Source of the DNA: Obrimoposthia wandeli
Taxonomy: Eukaryota
Length of the DNA stretch: 64,000 nt
Assembly (NCBI GenBank): GCA_977020255.1
Contig: CDROCS010000358.1
Location: 186,001 to 250,000, forward strand
Direction: 5' to 3'
In this document: positions 24,778 through 37,710 of the stretch, piece by piece
Layout of the letters: each line of letters opens with the position of its first letter
Numbering within the stretch: the first letter of the stretch is position 1
Made by a program: the position numbers and the translations under genes
Notes under the pieces: generated by a model
What the model was told of the DNA's origin: nothing
The model's input: only the letters and a program-made list of their open reading frames with translations
Database searches by the model: none

Positions 24778-26129
24778 TATCTTCAGAAAAATGTCTAATA
24801 AAATTCACCAAAATTAAAAAGTCATTCTCAAAATATTTTTAATTTCAGACAGCCTTCTCTGATCGTCCTATTCCTAGTGCAATTTTCAATCAGCATTGAG
24901 AGAAATTTTTGGTTTCTGTAGCTGTCTCGTATGATTATTTACGATTGCTTGGATATTATTTTTTCTATGGTATTCTCTGCGTTAATTAATTGTTGTATTT
25001 ATCTTTATCCCAATTATTCTTTGGTAATGGTTTATCTTCTGTAACCATACCATGATAACTATTGATGACGATGTCTGGTCTTATGCTTTCTTTACTTTTT
25101 CTGATTTTCCTCTTAGGTTTTTCTCTAATGCATTTAAATTATATACTTATTGCAATGTTTCAAGGATACAAACAATTTACTCGAATTCAATTATTATTTT
25201 AATTTTCTCAAATTTTATTGTTTAAGGTTATTTATAGTAAGTACTTACTATATATGTTTTAACTTTTCTACATTATGAATTAATTAATTTCTGTATGAAC
25301 CGAAAAAATAAAAAATTATATAAAAATCGTAAATTGCTTTAATTAAATTTATAAATATAACACAACTTAAAATATACCAAAATTTAATGGATTTTGCTTT
25401 GGAATGCTATAATATATTGTCTTTTTCTATTTTCAATCAACGTATTTGTGCTAAAAAGAAGTTTTCTACTTTGACATACAGTAAAAGTAAAAGGTGAATT
25501 CGCCTGAAAGAATTATATAGACCAATGTGAATTTCGCTGAACACCTTGATTCTTAGCTATGATACTCTCATAAAGATTTGATAACAAAAAAGGAAATTGT
25601 TTGAAAAACCTTTAATTAGAATTTTTACATTCTGATTAAGTGATTAGTAGATATTCCGATTAGTGAATCCAATTGTTAACAAGAAAAGAAGACGTCGTCA
25701 ACGATATCTGGCCTCGCAACACAGTACAAAGTAAGCAGTATATAAACCATCGATTTAATTGATACCTTGTAGAATTTGATTCAGATTTAGAGACACAGAG
25801 ATAGACACCGCCTAGAATCGACAAGAAAATATACTAAACAGAAATTTCGAAAAGAGTTGAACTTATAAACATGTTGCATATAAACCTTGCCAAAAATATT
25901 GAGTACTGTACGCCTTCAAGAATAGGGGTATCAACAACTGTGAGTAATAATTTGATATCAATTGGTAAATTTAATATTTAATATACATTGACAATTGTAA
26001 ATTGAGATTCGATCACAGCTGCGTTACAAATAATACAGAAATTTTAATTTTTGGAAATAATGGAGATTGGATTATAGCTACTTCACAAAGGACACGGAAA
26101 TCAACAATTGTAAGTAATATTTTACAACA

Positions 26130-26270
26130 AGTAATTGAAAATAACCGAGTAATGGAAAGTAACTGAGTAATTGAAAGTAACAAAGTAGTTAAAAGTACAC
26201 AAGTAGTTAAAATTAAACAAATAAATTAACAGTGATTAAAAGTACACGAGTAATATTGAGTAACCAAGGA
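26130..26270. repeat. Degenerate tandem repeat of about 17 bp
   Basis: gagtaattgaaagtaac-like units. Confidence 0.55.
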
Positions 26271-27320
26271 ATTTCGCATTGATTAAAAATTGTAGAGTGT
26301 AACCATATCACCTAAATAGTTCTTTAGTTAATAAAATAGTTTATTTAAGAGTACGCTACAATTGTGATTAATAATAAATATCGTGAATTTAAACTTTAGT
26401 ACTGACCGTCCCTAACTATTCAGAGGGTTACAGTCGGAACTACTTGAGTACGGTTTAGTTTTTGCAAATTTCTGGTCATGGTTTGGCGCGTCTATTATTG
26501 AAACTAAAATCAAATTCGGTCTTATACAATCAGCAACACGACAATAGTTTTAAGGAATTTCGAGTTATCATTCATCAACTGGCTTCAATAATTTATTTGA
26601 ATATTTTTCTATTACTTTATATACGTGTATTTTATAAGTCATATTTGACGTATATTAGAGTAAAGCCGTGTAAAAAATTTCTAAATAAACTTTTAAGTTG
26701 ATTGAATCTTTTGATTAAAGTTTGGTAAATTCTTCAGCCTACTTGTCATTAAATCAAAAATTAAATTTAAAAAATTGTAAGGTTTTATTTCTCAAAGATT
26801 TTCATGCAAATGATCTTTAATTGTTCCATATTACTTTTATAAAAAATACAATTTACTACGAATTTATTAATAAATAAGAAGTATTATAAAAATATTTAAA
26901 TGAACTCTTATTAAATATATTTAAAATTTTAAAAATGTCTAATAAAATAATTTAACTATTTAAAATTATTATAAAATATAGAAATAAAACAACCAATAAT
27001 AATATTTTAAAGTTAAAATAATTAGTACTACATTTTATTTATCTAAGTTATAATATACTACTTTTATTTTTAGTGAGTGTAATTGTTATTGATATTATTT
27101 TTTGATTAATTATAATAATTGTTATATTTCAATTTTAAAGTTTACATTTCAAAGTTAGACTTTTTCTGAAAATCTAAAGTTAGTTATTTTGTCAATAGTT
27201 ATTTCGACATAGAATCGGAATATTAGGTTATTTTTAATTATCCAATTTATTCCCATTTGCTTTATTTATTTGTTATTCCTTCTAAATGTTTTGTTAATTT
27301 CGATATTCCAATTTCAGAAT

Positions 27321-28579
27321 ATGGACGATCTCTGGACTCACCTCTCCGATAATGGACTACACACAAACGTCGTAAATATCCCTAACAGTTGTTTGTGCAT
27401 GTTATGCAACTCGATCATGCGACATCCGGTCTCTACCAAATGTGGATGCGTCTTTTGTGAGCACTGCATACGTGACTATCTTCTCGATGACCGCAAGCCG
27501 TGTCCGGGATGCCTCAAAGAAAACGATATCGCACAAATTGAATACACCAACGACATCACAGAGTGCAAGACGTCCAGTAGGGAAATCTTGAGACTTATCA
27601 CGGTGTGTCCTCTCGATGGATGTGAGGAGTCATTTGAGTTGCGAGCGCTGCTAGAACATCTCATCTCGTGCTCCATGATGAAAAATGGCTGCATGTTCAA
27701 GTCAATCGGATGTAGCACCGGTAATATGAACAGTACACAGTTGGAGGTGCATTTGAGTGAAGAATCAATAGAGCACTATAAACTAATTGTTGAAGCGTTA
27801 TGTGAGTTGAAGAACGGTTATGAAGCAATGCAGGTGGAGCGGAAATCTGTGAATGCTGTGAGGATTGAGATGTCTCAGATGAAGGAGGACTTTGCCGTGC
27901 TGAGGGCTGAGATGATGACAGCGATTGGGATTATGGCGGGAGATTTGAATGCGATCAAGGCCGAGAATGTGGAACAAAGTCAGAATCTTATGGAGGCAAT
28001 GAGGAAGGATATAAATGAAATTAAAATGGAATCAGATTTAAAAGAAAGAGAATTTAAGAATTTGAGAACAGAATTAGATAGCCTTAAAGAACAAAATATC
28101 GAATTGAATCAGGTTCTTCTGAACCACGAATCTGTTTTAGAGAATGTGAAGGAAGAAAAGGAAAATTCTTCTGAGAGGACAAATGTATTGGAAACAAAGC
28201 TCCATGAAGTCGTCTTGATAAGTGAAGCGATGAAATGCGAATTAGAGATTCTAAGAAAGGAAATGGTCGATTTGAAAACTTCGTTGACAAAAAGTGAGGT
28301 AAAGGCCGTGGCAGATGAAGCCTTTCCAGAGTGGAACCAAAGAATGGTAAGCTGAGTTTTCTTATATCTAGAATCTTCGCGAGGCATTCAAATATTTAGA
28401 TATTCAATTAGTTTAAGCTAAATTACAAATGTGCTAAATCTTTTGTAGAATTCTTGGTATTCGAACTATTTAAAGCTAACTGTATTATACATTTTGTATT
28501 CCAGGAGAAGCAATTACAGCAAGGAGGTGACCAAGCGAATGATAAAACGATCCAAATTAGGCGCAGAGCTGAATCGATG
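27321..28579 (+). CDS. RING / TRAF-type zinc finger / coiled-coil protein, paralog 1 (exons 27321-28346, 28505-28579; 3' end unresolved)
   Basis: C-x2-C-x11-C-x-C-x2-C-x2-C-x11-C-x2-C RING, CP..GC...L.EHL..C...C.F...GC, long heptad region; GT-AG phase-0 junction. Confidence 0.8.
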
Positions 28580-30371
28580 GTTAGTTTCGTGTGTGGTCCT
28601 CGCAACTTCAACTTTATGATGACTTGGTGCGAAATACAATTTAGTGTAGTACACATTGGGAAACTCTAAAACTATTAAAATGTCATGGTAAATAAAAAAT
28701 AAATTTGGGGAAATGAAATTGTCATTGTATTTTTCATACTTTTACGTTCTATAGACTTAAACAGCTGGCCATAAAGTACACTCTGAAAATCAATAGGTTA
28801 CAATCGTAAAATATCGAAGGGTTTTCATGGGATAAGGTAGGGATAGCTCTTTGTTCAGTGTAGTTGAGGTCTAAATGATCAGGGGATTGGAAAATCAATA
28901 AGTGCAAAATGACACAAAGTTTTCAAAGATCCATGCCTATTTTGTACTGAGAACATAATCAAAAATTTATTTCTAAGATCGCCAAACCTAGGGAAAATTG
29001 AACAGGTGACTGAATCGATATGAGTGTTTATTGTCCATAGAAACTTTTCACATCTTTCAAAATGCAAGTAGACAATCATAGTAGAATATGTATCATCGTC
29101 GGAATCCTACAGGGCTTTCCCAATGTCACAATATGAAGAAGCACCAACAGAAATATTTTGTTTTTATTGTTATTATTGTACTTTTTAGGATAAGCATTGA
29201 TTTCAAAAAGGTTATTATAAATGCATACGAAAACGAAGAATATTGTTTAAAACTTGTGAATCAGTTGGGAGTGAAAAGCAGAGCACGTTGAAAAAAATAT
29301 CATTTACAGTATCATAAAATCGGATTTTTCATATTTATTTATGTTAATTTCAGTACAATGAAAACGCTTCAATCTCGACAGAACCAAGAAGAGGTTGTAA
29401 GAAGAAAATGATTTCAGGGGATGTTGATGGGAGTTATTGAAATGCATAGACACGCATTGTACAGCAACTATCAGTGACTTCCAGCAATTCCTTCGGCAAA
29501 CTCACCATATTTCTCCAACAACGAAAACTATTAAAACATTTTGAAAGGGACATTTATTATCAGAAAGAAGATTTGTCAATCAGTTTTTGGGAAGAATGGT
29601 GAGGCAGTAAGGACTTGAGAAGTGCTGGACGAACATTGAAGAGGAAGAGAGGTCATGTACATTGGCGAGACAGTCATAAATATTTGAATGACCAACAAAA
29701 TCGATCGTTCGTTAGGAGAAAACCGCATTTATTAAGTGGCTTTTTTTTCATGTATTCAATTAGGTTTGTAATGGCAATTACAAAGAAACTGCTATTCACT
29801 CGAATGTGATATTTGAATCTTTTACTGGCGTCTCTTATAATAATCATTTATAACGGAGCTATCAATCAAGCTCCCTGATACTCTGTATAATCGGATGCAT
29901 GATAATGCATGTATCCACAACGCCAACCAGTCACCATTTTCGTCCCCATAGTCCCTTTCTCAATCCCATTTAAACGGCCCTTTCTTAGGTCAAGATTAAG
30001 ATCTGTAAATCCCTTATGGATACTGAAGGAGTACTCACCTCCAGTACAGAGCAGGAAATCCATATAATAAGCCTAGTAATATCCAATACAGTCAATGCTT
30101 GTGAGCTTGCAGATGTCTCACAACACTTCATCATATGAAAGCTTTTATATCTGCTTGTTTTGATCGAGAAGATAATTTTTGATTTATAAATAAATATTTG
30201 TACACCTTTTATGAAATCGATTTTATTCATTTTCCTCGTACTGTGTTTCTTCTGTAGTTTTGTAATTTCTTGTTCACCGAACAGTGATTGACAGTTGGCA
30301 TTAGTCACTTATTTAAATTCTGCGTGTCGTCTATTTAATGCACACAGCGTATCGACTAGTTTATACGATAA

Positions 30372-30400
30372 TACAGGGTGTCTATAAAGTCCCTATACAG
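30372..30400 (+). mobile_element. Tc1/mariner-like TIR start (partner not found)
   Basis: TA-CAGGGTGTCTATAAAGTCC resembles mariner-type termini. Confidence 0.35.
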
Positions 30401-31629
30401 CTTGTTTTCGTTTTAATTTATCGCTTATTTAAAAACGCACTAAAATATCACTTTCATCGGATGTATTATAAGAGCAACTCTAAATGAAAAAGATCGAGAC
30501 AAATTTGACAAATATGACGCAGAAAATTTTAAACAGGCTTTGCGTTACCGAAAATAAAGTTTGAAAGATACTCTGATCAAATTTCTTCTAAAGTAGTTCA
30601 AATAATCAAATCAAACAAATAAACGTATGAATTATTACCATTCTATAATATCAGTATTTGTGACTTCTACGACAGTCAATCGAGAACAATTTTGAAAGTT
30701 TTCCCCAGAATTTGATTATCATTGAGTACTGGACCACTAGCTAGATGCTAACTTTTCTTATTTTTGCGAAAGTCAAACAAATGAAGAACATCTTGTCCTG
30801 TGGGTTTTCGATCTTTTAATTCAGTAGTCTGTAAATTGCTCCCACATTGTGTCATACTTTTTGCCAGCTTTCATCGCATTAGTACCTTTAATAATGTGTT
30901 AAAATACTTAATATTCTAATAACATAATATCATTTTTCATGAAACATCAAAGGTTTTGAAGCATATGCAATCACTTTTTTGTTTATAATTTCATCCAGTT
31001 GGCTCAATACTGCTCAATCGCACTAAAACTTACGACTATTTCAAATATTCAGTTTTCAGTTTAATCTGGAAAAATCTAATATAGGAGCTGTTCTTAATTT
31101 TTCTTGAGAAGTTCAAATCTTGTTTTACAATCCAGTGAACATTGTAATTTTACCCGCCTATTGTAGTGGAGCTACAATTTTGGCATAATCTTTAATCAAT
31201 CGATGATAATAGTTTGTCATTCATAGGATTGATCTTAGTTTCCCGCTTCAATCTGGTTCTTTGAAATTTATAATTTCGCTGACTTTCGGTTAATTGGTAT
31301 TCCGCTTTCTGTTATGGTATGACCTAGGAATTTTATCAGCTTCTGGCCGATGAAGCATTTATAAGGGTTTATTTTGAGGCCTGCATCTGCAATTCTTTTG
31401 AATACTTCCATTAAAAGTTTATGATGTTCTTTTTGTTGTTATTATAAACAAGGATAACATCCAGATACGCGATTGTTCCATTGAACAGCAAAACAACACC
31501 CCACTAGTTTCGGATATTCAAGCCAATATTGTACACAATTATGAACAAAGCATAAATCACCAAACACAAATGAAGAAGTCGATTCAGAAATTCTTCAGAT
31601 CAATGAAATCAGATAAGAAATTAAGACCA

Positions 31630-32453
31630 CTAACTACTATACCTACCAAACTCACTCTGTAGGCCTCCATATGAGAAACCTAAAGATATTTTTTAGAAAA
31701 TCCCACCAAATAAATTCTATGGAACGTGGCCTAGATCTCATAAATACTTGATAAATTCCATAAAATATATTTTACTTGGCTCTATACACTGCAAGAAATA
31801 TAGAACGGCTTAATTCATTTCGTGCTAAAGGATGTAAACTCTATTATAAGATAATGTATAGTGAAATAGTTCACTCATATATTATTCATCGAAATCGTTC
31901 TGCAATATAACAATAAATTCTTCAAATGACAACAAATACGTGAACATATTTTTTAAAAAATACAAATGAATATATTCTTGAGATAAAATTTATAATATAT
32001 AAATATTAAATCCCACAAATTATTTATATGCAATTGTTTTAATCTTCCTCCTATAAACTTTATATTTAAATACTTTTAAATATATTTCATACAATTGTCC
32101 GATTTAGTCTAATAAATAGCAATACGTCACAATTGATTTTAAATTATAAAATCCAATTTGTGCTACAAAAAATATGATTTTAATTGTAAACTATCGACGA
32201 TTTCTTTAACCGCGTTATATTCAAAATAATTAAATAACTTATTTATATATTTACTAAATGTTTCTTTAAAAAGGTTTTTTTAATATTTCCAAACAACAAT
32301 ATTAAAATAATTAGATCGTCGTTTTAGTCTCTAAAAGCGTTTTTAATTTTTTTAAAAATAAACTTTTTTAATGAAATTTTGTGCCTTACAAATATTAAGT
32401 TTTGTATCATTGCTTAATATATTCATATTTTGTGCTCATATATTGTAATCCAC
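31630..32453. repeat. Dispersed non-autonomous element, copy 2
   Basis: Matches 9277-10253 with an internal deletion of about 150 bp. Confidence 0.8.
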
Positions 32454-33154
32454 TTTGGTCAAAATAATCTATTGAACTTTCATGTCATAATTTAATTTCA
32501 AATCATAAAAAAAAATCCTATTATATAATTTTTGAGTATTAAACCGGTCTATAATATTTAATAATCATTTAGTAAATAAGAAAACAAATCATACAGTTCG
32601 ACTTTTAAATATTTCCTAAATTTAACAAATTTAATATCACACTTCATGAAAAACTTGCAAACAATATTCAATTAGATTTCATTATCAATGATAACTATGT
32701 CTGATTCTTTGATACAATTAAATTTCCAAAGTAAATAAATTCACTTGAGTGCATTTATAACATTTATATAACATCAGTTTTTCTTATTATTTGCAATGCA
32801 AACTTATTTCTTTTACTGAATCGATAATCTGATTTGGCTAAACATTATTAAAAAGTTTATTTTTATTTCTTATCATTCTTAACTTTCAGTAACTCGAAAT
32901 ATTTAATAAACCAATAAAATATCCCACTGCCCACACTACAAAAATCTTTTTTTTCAAAATAAATTTATATTTTGAATAAATTAATTCTGCTTTTAATGTA
33001 TCTTCAATTAGGGTATATGTTAATTACTGACTAATTATTTGAACTGGTTTTAAACTAATATTTAAATGTACAATTTAACCTATATTTGTTAATCTAATTT
33101 TTCGATTTATACAGAAAATTTTACTATATTTTTACAATATTTATTTCTTTTAAT

Positions 33155-34338
33155 ATGAATATAATATGGAAATATTTAAAAGACCACAATTTAGAAATTG
33201 ATGTGTCGCATGTATCTCCATATGTAAAGTGCTCAATGTGTTCCTTAATTCTGAGACAGCCCATGGTGGCTGTTTGTGGTTGCGTGTTCTGTGACGAGTG
33301 CATCCACAAATATCTCGGGGAAGACTTGAAGCCGTGCCCAGGTTGTATCATGGATAACATCGCAACTGAAATAAGATACGACCGCGATATAGTGCAATGT
33401 AGGAAGTCCACGAGGGAAATAAACAAGCTTGTTGTCACTTGCCCGCACGATGGATGCGAAGAGAAATGCGAGTTGCTGCAGCTTATGGAGCACATTGTAT
33501 CTTGTCCTGTGACAAAGTTGGGCTGCATTTTCAGCAGCGTTGGATGTATGAGTGCGCAGTTTAATTCGCTGGAGCTGAATAAGCATCTGGATGAAGGAAG
33601 AATGGCGCATTATCGGATTATTGTCGAGACTCTGTGTCTGCTCAAGAACGGTTTCGAGTCCCTGCAGGCGGAGCGAGGAGACGAGTCTGTCATCAGAAAT
33701 GAGACGGATAAGCTGAAAGAAGACCACACAGAGTTGAGAGTTGCGTGTGTAGCGAGAGATAACGAATCCAAGGCGGCGATTGATGCGATTGTGGCGGATG
33801 TGGCGGCTCTGAGAGCGCAGAATGTGGAGACGAAGAAGAAATTAGAGCTGAGAGAGGCAGAAATGAAGAAGGATAAAGAAGAATTCTTGGGAGAAATTGA
33901 ACAGTTGCAGAAGAAAGTTGAGAGATTGAGAGAGGATAATGGGAAAATGAGTCAAACAATCAAAGAGAACAAAGATAATATCGATGGTGTGCGGAGGGAA
34001 ATGAAGGAAGATATAAAGAGGGTTGCAGAATCAAATTCTGAGGATAATACGAAATGGCAGACGAAGATTGACGAGAAGAAATCGGACTCAGAGAAAATGA
34101 GAAAGGAAATTGGCGAATTAAGAGCGACTCTGGTGACAAAGGCCGATATGAAAACGGCGCTCGATGAATATTCGCTAGAAGTGGCTCAATTGAAGAAGGA
34201 AATAGACCGAGTTAAAGTAATTATTCCCCTCGCTCTATTTATGACGCATTGCAGGAGGAAGTGGCGCAGCAGAAGAAAGATTCAGAGAAGGAGAGAGCGA
34301 TGACGACGAGTGGGGTGGAGAAGACAGCTGGAGCAGAG
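33155..34338 (+). CDS. RING / TRAF-type zinc finger / coiled-coil protein, paralog 2 (exons 33155-34216, 34255-34338; 3' end unresolved)
   Basis: CSMC...CGCVFCDEC...CPGC with the same spacing as paralog 1; 38-nt GT-AG intron at 34217-34254. Confidence 0.8.
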
Positions 34339-35059
34339 GTAATTGATGTTCTGTTGCAAAATCGGTGACGAATGGAGCCACTTTCACGGGGAATTGGCGA
34401 TGCTGAGATGGGATCGATGAAGGGGCAACATTGGGAACTGAGATCGAGGGAGTTAATCAATATAAGTGTTGTAAATTGTCATTGTCAGGTGCGAGTGGGA
34501 TTATTACGCCAGCTACTCATTATTTTATCATCACATTGAGCCTCCCTCATTTTAGTGTGGAACAATTTTGTGTGTGGGGTTATTATATTTCCACAATATC
34601 TTCATTTATCCGAGAGTGATCCGCAGTGTCAAGTTTGGGCATTGGTTGGCATTATCTGAGTGTGGCCTGTTCGGTTAGAAATGTCGAATTTGGGTTTCTC
34701 TTTCTTGTCTATCCTGGATTTGAGATTCTTGTTGTTGTATGTGGTCTCTTTTTTTTCATTTCATTGTGGAGGTTTTGTTGCTTTGTTTAATCGTATTATT
34801 TGGTCCGTGGGTTCCTTCCTCGAAGTTGTGAATGTTGTGTGATTTTACAACGTCTTGTGAGTGTTTGAGTGTGGGTTTGAATGTTTGATGTTTCTTTTGG
34901 AGCTATTCCCTGTTTGTTTTATGTTCCCATATTCTTTTTGATTTTGCTAAAGAATGCGGCTCTGTTGAGTGTAGTGAGGACGTCGCATATGAGCTGAACT
35001 TCAGTGTGTGTTGTTGAATCAAGTTTGCAGAAGTCGCTCCTCGAGGTAGAATTCGTCTT

Positions 35060-36120
35060 TACTCGACGTTTCTCAGTTGTAGCCCAACATTTGATGGCGA
35101 TGGTGCTTGTTTGTTACTATGCGCTGTCTGGCTCCGTTTTCTGAGTTTGAGCTTCTGGTTGAGAAATTGTTCTTTTGTTTTCTGCCGATTGTTTCTGCAG
35201 TGTATTCTCATTGTGGTTGTTTCAGCTCCGACAAATGTCTGATTGTTGATTTTACGCCAGTTTGCTGGGTCCTGTGCAGTGTTGGTGCTGATGTATTGGT
35301 GTGGAGAATTGTTATAATTCCTGCTGTGTTTGATGTGTGTAATGTTTTCGAGAATTTCCATTTATGGGCTGTGGTTGTGCGGTAAATTGTCCGGGTAGTA
35401 AATATCGGCGCTGGCTCTGGGAAGAGGTAAATCGGTGTCGCGATTGAGATGTCGCCCGGACGATGGTGCTGTGTGGAATGCGGAATGAGCAGCTGTTTGT
35501 GCGTGCGCAGGGCGGAGCGGGAGCGACATCGCTTCATCGAGCACGAGCGACCGCGGACCGGCACATCTGGTCAGAGAGAGCAGCAGTGGTCAATGGAGCA
35601 GCACATTCCTCCTCCGAGGATACCACATGCAACTGTGGGTGGGGCTGGTTGGTGGCAACTCTATCTTGACAGATCTCTGCCTCGTGGGATCATCAGAAGA
35701 TGCCGCACTGCAGTGGCGAATGAGGCTGCCTCTGCGACTGCGGGTGACGGACCCCGTCTCCGGGATGGAGATTTGTTCTGAGTCGTGGACTGGCAATGAT
35801 CAGAGACCGCAGAAGAAGGACGACCGAGTCCGCATTTGTTCTTCTCATTTCAGTCTCACAGGACACGCAGGAGCCATGAAGAAGAACTCTGTCGTCATCA
35901 CTGTGGAGATTGTGTGAGCCTTTCCCCACTTCTGACTTCCCTTTCCTTTGGCTCAATGTGATCGACATTTATCATATTTACTTTCACTTCGCGTATTCCA
36001 TCTCGGTGAGTGTGGAGACTTTCATGAGCAGTTTGAACCTCTTTCTCAATCGCGCAATAAAACATTTCAGATATCTCCCATCTTTTTACTCCCCTCAGAT
36101 TTGTACATGCACAACTAATC
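35060..36120 (-). other. GC-rich, probably coding region of unknown identity (several overlapping short ORFs)
   Basis: Sharp GC rise and long open stretches; no motif recognised; strand is a best guess. Confidence 0.3.
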
Positions 36121-36210
36121 AAATTTCCGTCATGTAAATATTTAATTTAATTTCTATTGGTAATTTCATTTCATTTTTCCTTTATGGAGATTTTAATCGA
36201 TTATCTAAAT

Positions 36211-36396
36211 CAGCGCCCGGGAAAGTCCGGCCAGCGGTGTGGTTTAATCCGGCCCGCGTAAAGTTTTGGATAATGTAATGAAACCACCACTTTCGTTAGT
36301 TTTTCAGAGTTACGTAACAGCCTAACCCATTTCTGGCCCCGAGCGTTCAAAAAATCTACATTTTGGCCCGCCAAATGAAAAGTTTCCCGGGCACTG
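36211..36396. mobile_element. hAT (Charlie-like) MITE, 186 bp
   Basis: TIRs CAGCGCCCGGGAAA / TTTCCCGGGCACTG, perfect 8-bp TSD ATCTAAAT, internal ggcccgc motifs. Confidence 0.9.
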
Positions 36397-37560
36397 ATCT
36401 AAATTCATAATAAAATTATTTAATTGAAATTTAAAATGTGCTCGAGAAAATTATTAACTAAATCAATTCGAATTTATCTTTGATATTTGGAGCTGCAAAA
36501 TAAAATGCGATAGAAATATTTGTATGGATGAATGCTCAGATTATTGTACTCGCTGATCATAATTCATCTCCCATTCGATATCCGGGCCTCAGAGGAGCGT
36601 ACTGGAAATCTCTCCCAATAATTCACGGCCACAATCGAGAGCATGGACGAGTGCTGATGTCCCCATTGGTTCTGCAGCCTCAGCATGGCTGCTCATTAAT
36701 TACATCTCACGATCTATTGAATGCCACTTCGTCATTTCCAACATTTAGCGACATAATCCCACTGTGATCCCCCAATGTCCGTCAGTCCGCACGTCCCAGA
36801 CTTAGACCGGCACGACCACACAAATTCCTGTTACATTTCCAGAGGTGTCCACAGATTTTGTCGCGAGGGCTTTCAAAAATTCGATGTTCTCATTGAAGGA
36901 GTATATTAACTAGATTACAAATGTTGTTATGAAACAGCAGCTCGTACAACTAAAGAGCGTTTATGAGAAGCAAAGTACAAAAGAAGACTCTTTCGTGTCA
37001 AATTAAATTGTCCAAATATGGCATAGCATAAAATATTCCGCAAAATATATTTAAAATGGCTTTATTTGATTAATTTAAATTACCCCATTTAAATAGAGAA
37101 TATGACGGTCCATTTATTTTATTTACTTAATTAAAATTTATCTTAAACAAAGATTTATATTTGACTCATTTGTATCTTCCTCTTAAGTGAATTAAAATAA
37201 TTCATTCCCAGAATTCTTCTTTACACTTCTATTTTAGCAAATCAAAGATCAATTTTCAACTAAAACACAATTTTTAATTAACATGCGAAAGACACCTAAA
37301 AATGAATATTTTATTTCGAGTCATTTCAACATTTATTTGATCTTTTATTGATAAAAGATTGGGAGAAGAACGTCATGAAGTCATAAAATTGAAATTGTGT
37401 ATAAACCGATTTTATAAAATATGTTAAATGAGCAAAAATAAATTTGTGGTCAAAGTATAGAATCAATACTAATGGTTCTAAATAAAGCTCTCTCAAAGGT
37501 ACTTAATTGTCAATAAGTGTGGAAAATGTGGTGCCACGTGTGTTTTTAATTTTATTCGAT

Positions 37561-37710
37561 TTTGAACATTTTAACCAAAAGAGCATGTAACCTACATAAA
37601 TATACCTTATAAATATTTTTCTTTCTTAAGACATTAGATTCACTGTCCTTTACAACCGTGCATGTGTGAAGTGGAATTTCGTGCATGTGTGTATGAATTT
37701 CACATCTAAC
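37561..37710. repeat. Polinton-TIR-related fragment; first 90 bp duplicated at 38761-38826
   Basis: actgtcctttacaaccgtgcatgtgtg matches the left TIR interior near 40442-40470. Confidence 0.6.

Noticed and set aside
29400-30300. Fragmentary coding-like sequence on both strands downstream of RING paralog 1
   Set aside because: Could not be assigned as exons or as a transposase with any confidence
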